A stretch of 32,000 nucleotides of DNA from Sinorhizobium meliloti (GTDB lineage: Bacteria; Pseudomonadota; Alphaproteobacteria; Rhizobiales; Rhizobiaceae), in the NCBI RefSeq assembly GCF_017876815.1, contig NZ_JAGIOS010000002.1:960001-992000 (forward strand). Reading direction: 5' to 3'. Positions 9,065 through 16,985 of this stretch are shown piece after piece. Made by a program: the position numbers and the translations under genes. The notes under the pieces were generated by a model, which had not been told where the DNA came from, made no database searches, and was given only the letters and a program-made list of their open reading frames with translations. Each line of letters begins with the position of its first letter. Within the stretch, counting starts at the first letter, position 1.

Positions 9065-9606
9065 CCCGCCTGCGGCTCCATTCGCTGGTCCTGCTCCTGC
9101 TTGCCGCCTTCCCGGCGGCGGCGGCCGAGGAGCCTGCCGGCTACCGCGAGAGCGAGTACCGCGCCGAGGTGCCGGCGACGCTTTCCGGTGCGACGGTCGT
9201 GTCGACCGAAGCTGCCCATGCATTGTGGAAGACCGGTCAGGTCGCTTTCATCGACGTCCTGCCGCGGCCGCCGAAGCCGACCAATCTCCCGGAGGGGACG
9301 GTCTGGAACGAAAAGCCGCGCCTGTCCATTCCATCTGCCCTATGGCTGCCGAATGTCGGCTATGGCCAGCTGGCCGACGCCATGCACGCCTATTTTCGCG
9401 CCGGCCTGGAAAAGGCGACCGGTGGCGACAAGGACCGGCCGGTGCTTTTCTTTTGCCTCGACGGCTGCTGGATGTCCTGGAACGCCGGAAAGCGAGCTCT
9501 GGAGTATGGCTACACACGTGTCTTCTGGTATCCGCAGGGCACCGATGGCTGGACGGCCGCCGGCTACCCCACGGAGCGCATCGACCCGGAGCCCGGCGGC
9601 CGGTGA
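9061..9606 (+). CDS. Secreted rhodanese-like protein with CXXCW motif (PQQ-dependent catabolism-associated CXXCW family)
   Basis: ATGA start/stop overlap with xoxJ (9061-9064). Signal peptide MTRLRLHSLVLLLLAAFPAAAA. Motif CLDGCW at 9454-9471. Confidence 0.8.
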   Translation: MTRLRLHSLVLLLLAAFPAAAAEEPAGYRESEYRAEVPATLSGATVVSTEAAHALWKTGQVAFIDVLPRPPKPTNLPEGTVWNEKPRLSIPSALWLPNVGYGQLADAMHAYFRAGLEKATGGDKDRPVLFFCLDGCWMSWNAGKRALEYGYTRVFWYPQGTDGWTAAGYPTERIDPEPGGR

Positions 9607-9663
9607 AATGAGGGGACGTGTCGGAGGCTGCAATCTCTCCGCTTCCGTGGCGCGGGAAGAGTT

Positions 9664-9722
9664 CTTTCAGCCCAAGGACTTGGTCTGGCTGGATCCCTGT
9701 GACGAGCACAGGCATGAGGAGA
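9664..9722 (+). repeat. Intergenic palindromic repeat, family 2 (RIME/REP-like), copy 1
   Basis: ctttcagcccaaggacttggtctggctggatccctgtgacgagcacaggcatgagga is about 90% identical to the reverse complement of 17835-17892. It contains hairpins ccaag-ga-cttgg and cctgtg-acgag-cacagg. It lies between convergent gene ends. Confidence 0.65.
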
Positions 9723-9777
9723 TCAAACAAGCCGCGGCGGGGATCCCGAACCTCAAAAGGCCTTGATCGGGAATCCT

Positions 9778-10299
9778 TCAGGATTTGAAGAAGTGGTTTT
9801 TCAGGATGTAGCGGATGCCGCGCAGCCAGCTGTCGTCGGTGTTCGAGCGGATGTCGACGGCAAGGCCGCGCAGCATCTCGCCGGAGTCCACGTCGCGCAG
9901 TACGAGCTCCACCGATAGGATAAGGTTGGAGATCTTCCGCACTTCGCCGACCAACACGTAGTCGGCGCCAAGCCGCTCGCCCATAGTCAGGTCGCAGCCG
10001 TTGCAGTCGGCAGGATTGACCGTGCCGGCGAGTTCGGCCGCCACTGGCTCGTTCGTGAGAATGACGAAGCCTTCCTGAACGAAGCGGTCGCGCGCGGCGC
10101 CTTCCATGAGCTCGAGCCGCGCGGTCTCGTCGGCGCGCACTCCGTTATAGGCGCCCTCCGTCGACAGATCGATGAAGGTCATGCCGAGGAATGCTACCTT
10201 GGCGCCCGGCGTGAGCGGCTTGTCCAGCGCGGCGCGCGCGAGCGCCGGCAACAGTGCCAGGACAAGGATGGAGACAAGGACTGTCAGGATGTGCCGCAT
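9778..10299 (-). CDS. Secreted hypothetical protein with CNGC motif (possibly DUF2380/DUF3280-like)
   Basis: ATG 10297-10299. Signal peptide MRHILTVLVSILVLALLPALARA. CxxC pair C99/C102 (codons 10003-10005 and 9994-9996). The family name is recalled only weakly. Confidence 0.65.
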   Translation of the reverse strand: MRHILTVLVSILVLALLPALARAALDKPLTPGAKVAFLGMTFIDLSTEGAYNGVRADETARLELMEGAARDRFVQEGFVILTNEPVAAELAGTVNPADCNGCDLTMGERLGADYVLVGEVRKISNLILSVELVLRDVDSGEMLRGLAVDIRSNTDDSWLRGIRYILKNHFFKS

Positions 10300-10425
10300 G
10301 AAATTCAGCCTAGCACACGCATGTCGCTAAACTACGCTCCTTAAGTATCGGTTTTGCGACCCATACTGCGCTGTTAGTCTCCATTTCCGAGGGAGTGTCA
10401 GGAGGATTGGGAGGTCGTTCCGGCA

Positions 10426-11613
10426 ATGCCTAACCTAAAGCTTTTGCTTGCCGTTTTCTGGGCGACGGTGCTGCTCACGTCTCCCTTGCCGGCGGCGGAG
10501 GTGAAGACGGCTGTGCTGCGGATCGATCGTGTCGTCGGTCCGCCGATCTCGCGGCTCGATGCGCCGCCCGCCGACCTGGGCTTTGCCGGCGCCATGCTGG
10601 GCAACGAGGACAACCGGACCACCGGCGCTTTCACCGGCATGGACTACACCGTGAAAACGCAGGCGGTTGCGCCGGAAGAGGCAGTGGCGGCGCTCGATGG
10701 GCTGAAGGCGGAAGGCATCGGGCTCATCGCGGTGATCGCCGAAGGCGACATACTGAAGGCGCTCTCCGACAAGGCCGGACCGGAAGTTCTGCTTTTCAAT
10801 GCGGGCGCTCGCGACGACGGGCTGCGCGATGCCGACTGCCGGGCCAATGTGCTGCACGTCTCGCCGAGCCGTTCGATGCTCAGCGACAGCATCGTTCAGT
10901 TTCTCATGTGGAAGAAATGGCAGCGTATCCTGCTGATCCACGGCTCTCATCCCGAAGACAAGCTGCTTGCCGACAGCTATCGCAAATCGGCCGCCAAGTT
11001 CGGCGCTGAGATCGTCGAGGAGCGGGAGTTCGTCGACACCGGCGGCAGCCGGCGCACGGATACCGGTCATGTCATGGTGCAAAAGCAAATTCCCGTCTTC
11101 ACCCAGGAGGCCGAGGAATACGACGTCATCGTCGCGGCCGACGAGGCGGGCGTTTTCGCGCCCTATCTGCCCTATCACAGCTGGGACCCGAGGCCGGTTG
11201 CCGGCTCTGCGGGCCTGCGTCCGGTCTCCTGGCATCCTGCTCACGAGGCCTGGGGTGCGACCCAGTTCCAGCGCCGCTTCGAAAAACTCACCGGCCGCTA
11301 CATGCGCGAGGAAGATTACCAGGCATGGCTTGCGATGCGGGTGATCGGGGAGGCGGTGACGCGGTCCGGCAAGGCCGATCCCGGAACCGTGCGGGCCTAC
11401 GCCCTTTCCAAGGATTTCGAACTGGCTGCGTTCAAGGGCCAGAAATTGACCTTCCGCACCTGGAACGGGCAGTTGCGGCAGCCGGTTCTTTTGACCGAGG
11501 GCCGGGTGACCGTTTCCGTATCGCCGCAGGACGGCTACCTGCACCAGCATTCGCCGCTCGACACGCTGGGTATCGATGCGCCCGAGACAGCCTGTCACGC
11601 ATTTGGAGGATAA
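10426..11613 (+). CDS. Periplasmic type I (LivK-like) solute-binding protein, PQQ-alcohol-dehydrogenase-system type
   Basis: ATG 10426 after GGGAGG. Signal peptide. Length and alternating alpha/beta pattern fit branched-chain amino-acid-type binding proteins. First gene of the operon. Confidence 0.78.
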   Translation: MPNLKLLLAVFWATVLLTSPLPAAEVKTAVLRIDRVVGPPISRLDAPPADLGFAGAMLGNEDNRTTGAFTGMDYTVKTQAVAPEEAVAALDGLKAEGIGLIAVIAEGDILKALSDKAGPEVLLFNAGARDDGLRDADCRANVLHVSPSRSMLSDSIVQFLMWKKWQRILLIHGSHPEDKLLADSYRKSAAKFGAEIVEEREFVDTGGSRRTDTGHVMVQKQIPVFTQEAEEYDVIVAADEAGVFAPYLPYHSWDPRPVAGSAGLRPVSWHPAHEAWGATQFQRRFEKLTGRYMREEDYQAWLAMRVIGEAVTRSGKADPGTVRAYALSKDFELAAFKGQKLTFRTWNGQLRQPVLLTEGRVTVSVSPQDGYLHQHSPLDTLGIDAPETACHAFGG

Positions 11614-11614
11614 G

Positions 11615-12589
11615 ATGCTCAGACCCGCACTGGCGATTGTGTCTGCCGTTCTGCTGTCTGCCGGTTCGGCCGAGGCCAACAAAGTCTTCGTGAGCAACGA
11701 GCGCGGCAACAACATAACCGTGCTCGACAGTGAAAGCTGGGAAGTGATCGCCACGTTTCCGGCCGGAAACAGGCCGCGCGGCATCACCATCAGTCCGGAC
11801 GGCAAGGAACTCTACGTCTGCGCGTCGGATGACGACACTGTTCGGGTTTTCGATCCCGAGACCTATAAGGAACTGCACACGTTGCCGTCAGGCCCGGATC
11901 CGGAGCTTTTCGCCCTCGATCCTTCGGGCAATCCGCTCTACATCGCCAATGAGGACGACAATCTCGTGACCGTCGTGGACGTCAAGACGCGCCAGGTACT
12001 GGCCGAGGTGCCCGTCGGGGTCGAGCCGGAAGGCGTCGCGGTCAGCCCGGATGCAAAGACGATCATCAATACGTCCGAAACCACCAATATGGCACATTTC
12101 ATCGACGCCTCGACCTACAAAATCGTGCACAACGTGCTGGTGGACCAGCGGCCGCGCTATGCGGAATTCACGGCAGACGGCAAGAAGCTCTACGTCAGCG
12201 CCGAGATCGGCGGCACGGTTTCGGTGATCGACGTGTCGGCGGCCGAGCCGAAAATCACCAAGAAGATCACTTTCGAAGTGCCGGGCGTTCTGCCGGAATG
12301 GCTGCAGCCGGTCGGCGTCAAGGCCACCAAGGACGGCTCGCGCATCTTCGTGGCGCTTGGACCCGCAAACCGCGTCGCAATAATCGACGGGAAGACCGAC
12401 GAGGTGCTCGATTACCTCCTTGTCGGACAGCGGGTCTGGCAGATGGCATTCACGCCGGGCGAGGAATTCCTGATCACCACCAACGGCAATTCCAATGATG
12501 TCAGCATCATCGACGTGAAGGCGGAAAAGGTGATCCGCTCGGTTCAGGTGGGCGAGCAGCCCTGGGGGGTCGTGGTCGCGCCGGATTGA
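11615..12589 (+). CDS. Secreted YVTN-repeat beta-propeller protein (PQQ-dependent catabolism-associated propeller type)
   Basis: ATG 11615 lies 1 nt after the upstream stop, with GGAGGA at 11605-11610. Signal peptide MLRPALAIVSAVLLSAGSAEA. About 40-aa repeats (..P.GI.ISPDGK.LYV.., ..PEGVAVSPDAK..). Confidence 0.85.
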   Translation: MLRPALAIVSAVLLSAGSAEANKVFVSNERGNNITVLDSESWEVIATFPAGNRPRGITISPDGKELYVCASDDDTVRVFDPETYKELHTLPSGPDPELFALDPSGNPLYIANEDDNLVTVVDVKTRQVLAEVPVGVEPEGVAVSPDAKTIINTSETTNMAHFIDASTYKIVHNVLVDQRPRYAEFTADGKKLYVSAEIGGTVSVIDVSAAEPKITKKITFEVPGVLPEWLQPVGVKATKDGSRIFVALGPANRVAIIDGKTDEVLDYLLVGQRVWQMAFTPGEEFLITTNGNSNDVSIIDVKAEKVIRSVQVGEQPWGVVVAPD

Positions 12590-12628
12590 ACGGTGCAATT
12601 TGCAAATATCAACGGGGAGGAGTTCATC

Positions 12629-13072
12629 GTGCATAAATCGGTTCTTGCGGCGCTCGCCGCGCTCTCTCTGGCGAGCCCGGCCGTTGCCGCGCCGCTTTGC
12701 AGCGACCTCGGCTTTGCCGGCCTGCTTGCCAAATGCAACCGCGGCGAGCCGATCGAGATCACGCTCGCGTCCGGAAAGCCGCTCGGCAAGGGTGCCATTA
12801 CGCTTCAGTCCGGCGCATACTACGAAATGCAGATCACGGCGGACGGATCGGCGGAGCTGGCGATTACCGGTGCGCCGTTCTTTCGTGCGATCTGGATGAA
12901 CGAGATCGTTGTCAACGGCATAGAAGTTCGCCCAATGGCGATCGACAGTCTGGAATTCGACGAGGCCGGGACGGCAACCCTGTCCTTCATCGCCGTCAAG
13001 CCGGGCAGCTATGAGGTGAAGATTCCGGAAACCTCCGGCGACAGCCAGAAAGTATCGATTTCCATACAGTGA
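12629..13072 (+). CDS. Small secreted beta-rich hypothetical protein (147 aa)
   Basis: GTG 12629 is preceded by GGGGAGGAG (12614-12622). Signal peptide VHKSVLAALAALSLASPAVA. A Cys pair sits near the mature N-terminus. The track start 12593 lacks an RBS. Confidence 0.6.
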   Translation: MHKSVLAALAALSLASPAVAAPLCSDLGFAGLLAKCNRGEPIEITLASGKPLGKGAITLQSGAYYEMQITADGSAELAITGAPFFRAIWMNEIVVNGIEVRPMAIDSLEFDEAGTATLSFIAVKPGSYEVKIPETSGDSQKVSISIQ

Positions 13073-13126
13073 AACGGTCGCCCGAGAAGTCCGCGGGACA
13101 GGAGCGGCGGTTCCGGGGAGGAAGAA

Positions 13127-14098
13127 ATGAAGACTTTGAGACTGATCGTGGCCGCTTGCCTGTTCGCATTCGGACCGGCAGCGGCCGCAGCCGAGGAGCT
13201 GCCGCAATTGCGGGCGGCCATGCTGGCATCGGGAACCGTCACCTGGGAAATATCCACCATCAAGACTCATGAATTCGACCGCAAGAACGGTTTTGAGCTG
13301 ACGGTCCAGGACTATGCGGACAACGGCGCGACGCGCGTCGCCTTCGAGGGCGGCGAGGCCGACACCATGGTGGCCGACTGGATTTGGGTGGCCAACCAGC
13401 GTGCCTCCGGCAAGGACTATGTTTTCATCCCCTATTCGCGGGCAGTCGGCGGCCTGATGGTCAAGGACGACAGCGGCATCAAGGCGCTGCCGGATCTTGC
13501 CGGCAAGAAGATCGGCATTGCCGGAGGTCCGCTCGACAAGAGCTGGCTGATCCTGCGCGCCTATGCCAGGCAGCAGCATGACATGGACCTTGCAGCCGAA
13601 ACCGAGCAGGTGTTCGGCGCTCCGCCTTTGATCTTCAAGTCGGCGCTTTCGGGCGAGACGGCGGGTACGATCAATTTCTGGCACTTTCTCGCGAAGATGA
13701 GGGCCAAGGGCATGCATGAACTGGTCTCCGTCTCGGATGCTGCGGCGGCGCTCAAGCTCGATCCCGATACGCCGCTCCTCGGTTACGTGTTGAAGGGCGA
13801 ATATGCCGCGACCCATCCGGAAATCGTGAAGGGGCTTTACAAGGCCTCGCGCGCGGCCAAGGATCTGCTGAGCGAGAACGACGAGGTGTGGGAGGAATTG
13901 CGGGACAAGATGAATGCGGCCGACGACGCTGAATTCATTGCCCTGCGCGACGGCTATCGCGCCGGCATTCCGAGCGGCAAGCCGATCGACGAGGCGGCCG
14001 CCGACCGGTTTCTGCGGCTGATGGCGGAACTTGGTGGAGAAGAGCTCGTCGGCAAGGCGACAAGCCTGCCCAGTGGATTGTTCCTGCACCTTGAATAA
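13127..14098 (+). CDS. Periplasmic solute-binding protein, NMT1/SsuA/TauA-like
   Basis: ATG 13127 after GGGGAGGAAG. Signal peptide MKTLRLIVAACLFAFGPAAAAA. Sequence pattern resembles sulfonate/nitrate/bicarbonate-family binding proteins. Confidence 0.75.
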   Translation: MKTLRLIVAACLFAFGPAAAAAEELPQLRAAMLASGTVTWEISTIKTHEFDRKNGFELTVQDYADNGATRVAFEGGEADTMVADWIWVANQRASGKDYVFIPYSRAVGGLMVKDDSGIKALPDLAGKKIGIAGGPLDKSWLILRAYARQQHDMDLAAETEQVFGAPPLIFKSALSGETAGTINFWHFLAKMRAKGMHELVSVSDAAAALKLDPDTPLLGYVLKGEYAATHPEIVKGLYKASRAAKDLLSENDEVWEELRDKMNAADDAEFIALRDGYRAGIPSGKPIDEAAADRFLRLMAELGGEELVGKATSLPSGLFLHLE

Positions 14099-14852
14099 GA
14101 CGCTGCAACATCCTGCCTTGGTGCGCGCATTGTCGCTGGGGCTGCTGTTGCTCTTGTGGATAGCGGCCGCCGGCTTCACGGACGACGCGTCGGTCCTGCC
14201 GCAGCCCTGGGCGCTCTGGGAACCCTTCGTGCAAGCGGCCAGTTCCGGCGCCTTGCCCTATCACCTGGGAATGACGCTCTGGCGCGTGATCTGCGCATTC
14301 GTGCCGGCCATGGTGATCGGCGTGGCGGTCGGCTTTCTGATGGGACGCGTTGCCGCGGTCGATCGATGGCTCGACCCATGGCTCGTCGTGTTTCTGAACC
14401 TGCCGGCACTCGTGCTCATCGTGTTGTGCTACATCTGGATCGGCCTCAACGAGACGGCCGCCATTACCGCGGTGGTGCTCAACAAGATCCCGAATGTCGC
14501 AACGCTTCTGCGCGAGGGCGCGAGGGCGCTCGACCCGGACCTCGACTCCATGGCGGCGGTTTACCGCATGCGTCCGCTGGCGCGGCTGCGACACGTGATC
14601 ATGCCGCAGCTTGCGCCCTTCATTGCCGCTGCCGCCCGGTCCGGCATCGCGGTGATATGGAAGATCGTGCTGGTGGTCGAGTTTCTCGGCCGCTCCAGCG
14701 GGATCGGATTCCAGATCCATTTCTATTTCCAGCTTTTCAACGTCGCCATGGTGCTTGTCTATGCGCTTTCCTTCATCGGCGTGATGCTGCTGGTGGAGGC
14801 TTTCTTCCTGCAGCCGGCCGAACGCCGGGTGCGGCGCTGGAGGACGGCGTGA
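14091..14852 (+). CDS. ABC importer permease (SsuC/TauC-like, binding-protein-dependent family)
   Basis: Six predicted TM segments. EAA-like loop (LREGARALDPDLDSMAAVYRMRPLARLRHVIMPQL). I chose TTG 14091, which overlaps the upstream stop. TTG 14031 or GTG 14034 are alternatives. Confidence 0.78.
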   Translation: MNKTLQHPALVRALSLGLLLLLWIAAAGFTDDASVLPQPWALWEPFVQAASSGALPYHLGMTLWRVICAFVPAMVIGVAVGFLMGRVAAVDRWLDPWLVVFLNLPALVLIVLCYIWIGLNETAAITAVVLNKIPNVATLLREGARALDPDLDSMAAVYRMRPLARLRHVIMPQLAPFIAAAARSGIAVIWKIVLVVEFLGRSSGIGFQIHFYFQLFNVAMVLVYALSFIGVMLLVEAFFLQPAERRVRRWRTA

Positions 14853-15472
14853 TCAGGATCGATGTCAGACGAAAGGCATTCGGCGAAGAGGAGGTCCTGC
14901 GCGACATCCGCTTCGAGATGGAGATCGGCGAGACGGTCGCCATTCTCGGTCCGTCGGGCGTCGGCAAGTCGACGCTGCTTCGTCTCGTCGCCGGCATCGA
15001 CACCGCTTTCGAGGGCGAGATCACCCGGCCGGAAAACATTGCCATGGTTTTCCAGGAGCCTGTCCTTCTGCCGTGGAGAAGCGTCATCGAGAACCTGACA
15101 TTGGTGCATCCGCAACTCGGGTCGCAAGCTGCACTCTCAGCGCTGGAGCGGACCGGCATTGCCGACAGGGCCGGGCTCTTTCCCGGCCAGCTGTCGCTCG
15201 GCCAGCAGCGGCGGCTGGCGCTGGCGCGGGCCTTTGCCGGCCGGCCGGAGCTTCTCGTCCTGGACGAACCCTATGTGTCGCTCGATCCTGCGATGGCCGA
15301 GGACATGCTGGCCCTGACCGAGGCGCTGATCGCGGAAACGGCCCCTGCCGTCATTCTCGTGACCCATTCGGAGGCCGAGGCGCGGCGGCTCGCCCGGCGC
15401 TGCCTCCGCCTTGCCGGGAAACCGGCGACGATTATAGAAGAGTTTGCGGCGGCGCCGGGAAGGGCATCATGA
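14849..15472 (+). CDS. ABC transporter ATP-binding protein (SsuB/TauB-like)
   Basis: GTGA overlap with the permease stop (14849-14852). Walker A GPSGVGKST, signature LSLGQQRR, Walker B LLVLDEP. The track ORF 14156-15472 has a spurious N-terminal extension. Confidence 0.85.
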   Translation: MIRIDVRRKAFGEEEVLRDIRFEMEIGETVAILGPSGVGKSTLLRLVAGIDTAFEGEITRPENIAMVFQEPVLLPWRSVIENLTLVHPQLGSQAALSALERTGIADRAGLFPGQLSLGQQRRLALARAFAGRPELLVLDEPYVSLDPAMAEDMLALTEALIAETAPAVILVTHSEAEARRLARRCLRLAGKPATIIEEFAAAPGRAS

Positions 15473-16197
15473 TCGGGCTCGAGATCAGCCATGTCAGCTA
15501 CAGCTACGGAAAGTCCCGGGCGCTGGACGATGTCAGCTTCTCCGTCAGGACCGGCCGCTTCTGCGCACTGCTCGGGCCGAACGGCGCCGGCAAATCGACG
15601 CTCTTCGCTCTTCTGACGCGGCTGCTCGCGACAAGGGCCGGCACGATCGGCGTGGCCGGCTTCGACATTGCGCGCGAGCCGCGTGCGGCGCTCGCACGCA
15701 TCGGGGTGGTGTTCCAGCAGCCTACCCTCGATCTCGACATGTCGGTGCGCCGCAACCTGCGCTATTTCGCCGGACTTCATGGCTTGTCGGGGCGGCAGGC
15801 CGCTGTGGCGATCGAAGCGGCGCTGACGCAGCTCGGCATGGCCGAGCGGGCCGACGAGCAGGTGCGTGCGCTCAACGGCGGTCACCGGCGGCGCATGGAG
15901 ATCGCGCGGGCCTTGATCCACAAGCCGCAGATATTGCTGCTCGACGAGCCGACGGTCGGACTGGACGCCGCCTCCCGGCAGGCGATCACCGACCATGTGC
16001 ATCTGCTTGCCGAGAGCGGGCTTGCGGTCCTCTGGGCGACGCATCTGGTCGACGAGATCCGGCCGGAGGACCAGGTAGTCGTTCTGCATCGCGGCAAGGT
16101 GCTGAGCGACGGTACCGCCGCGGAACTCGCGGGCGGGCAGGGGCTCGCCAAGGCGTTCCTGTCGATGACGGCCGAGGGCCGGGAGGTTCCGGCATGA
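15469..16197 (+). CDS. ABC-2-type transporter ATP-binding protein (PQQ-alcohol-dehydrogenase-system / PedA2-like)
   Basis: ATGA overlap with the preceding stop (15469-15472). Walker A GPNGAGKST, signature LNGGHRRR, Walker B ILLLDEP. Confidence 0.88.
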   Translation: MIGLEISHVSYSYGKSRALDDVSFSVRTGRFCALLGPNGAGKSTLFALLTRLLATRAGTIGVAGFDIAREPRAALARIGVVFQQPTLDLDMSVRRNLRYFAGLHGLSGRQAAVAIEAALTQLGMAERADEQVRALNGGHRRRMEIARALIHKPQILLLDEPTVGLDAASRQAITDHVHLLAESGLAVLWATHLVDEIRPEDQVVVLHRGKVLSDGTAAELAGGQGLAKAFLSMTAEGREVPA

Positions 16198-16985
16198 AGG
16201 CATGGCTGGTCGCGCTTTCCGCAATCGTCACCCGCGAAAATCTGCGCTTCGTCCGCCAGCGCGGGCGGTTTCTGGCGGCACTCGTGCGCCCGCTCGTTTG
16301 GCTGATCGTCTTTGCCGCCGGCTTCCGCGCGGCGCTCGGCGTGTCGATCATCCCGCCCTACCAGACCTATATTACATATGAAGTCTATATCCTTCCGGGG
16401 CTCTGCGGCATGATCCAGCTCTTCAACGGCATGCAATCGTCGCTGGCGCTGGTCTATGACCAGGAGATGGGATCCATGCGTCTCCTGCTGACCTCGCCCC
16501 TGCCGCGCTGGTGGCTGCTGTTCTCGAAGCTTCTCGCCGGTGTGATAGTCTCCATCCTGCAGGTGGCAGTGTTCCTGGCCATCGCTGCGCTGACCGGCAT
16601 CACCGTGCCGCCCGTCGGCTATGTCGCGGTGCTGCCCGCCCTGGTCATCAGCGGATTGATGCTCGGGGCCTTCGGCCTGCTGATATCCTCGACCGTCCGG
16701 CAACTCGAGAACTTCGCCGGCGTCATGAACTTCGTGATCTTTCCGATGTTCTTCCTTTCCTCGGCACTTTATCCGCTGTGGAAGATGGCCGAGAGTTCGC
16801 CGCTTCTGCGCGACATCTGTGCTCTCAATCCGTTTACCTACGCGGTGGAACTGATACGTTTCGCGCTTTACGGCGAACTCAACCTGACGGCTCTCGCCTG
16901 GGTCGGCGCGTGCTTCGTCCTGTTCATGCTCGCTGCCCTTTGGGGCTATAATCCAGCCCGCGCCATGCTCCGGTCGAAAGGCTGA
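16194..16985 (+). CDS. ABC-2-type transporter permease (PedC-like)
   Basis: ATGA overlap (16194-16197). Six hydrophobic segments. The ABC-2 exporter-type layout has no EAA loop. Confidence 0.85.
   Translation: MKAWLVALSAIVTRENLRFVRQRGRFLAALVRPLVWLIVFAAGFRAALGVSIIPPYQTYITYEVYILPGLCGMIQLFNGMQSSLALVYDQEMGSMRLLLTSPLPRWWLLFSKLLAGVIVSILQVAVFLAIAALTGITVPPVGYVAVLPALVISGLMLGAFGLLISSTVRQLENFAGVMNFVIFPMFFLSSALYPLWKMAESSPLLRDICALNPFTYAVELIRFALYGELNLTALAWVGACFVLFMLAALWGYNPARAMLRSKG

Noticed and set aside
9101-9766. ORFs 9101-9766 (+) and 17597-17986 (-) share a conserved peptide FQPKDLVWLD.C.KHR
   Set aside because: The shared peptide is simply the translation of the family 2 DNA repeat in one frame. 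The ORFs otherwise overlap real genes or intergenic DNA and lack RBSs.
11888-14179. 763-aa minus-strand ORF spanning three plus-strand genes
   Set aside because: It is antisense to the propeller, small-protein and SBP genes, which each have signal peptides, RBSs and recognisable folds. The translation is Arg-rich and motif-free.
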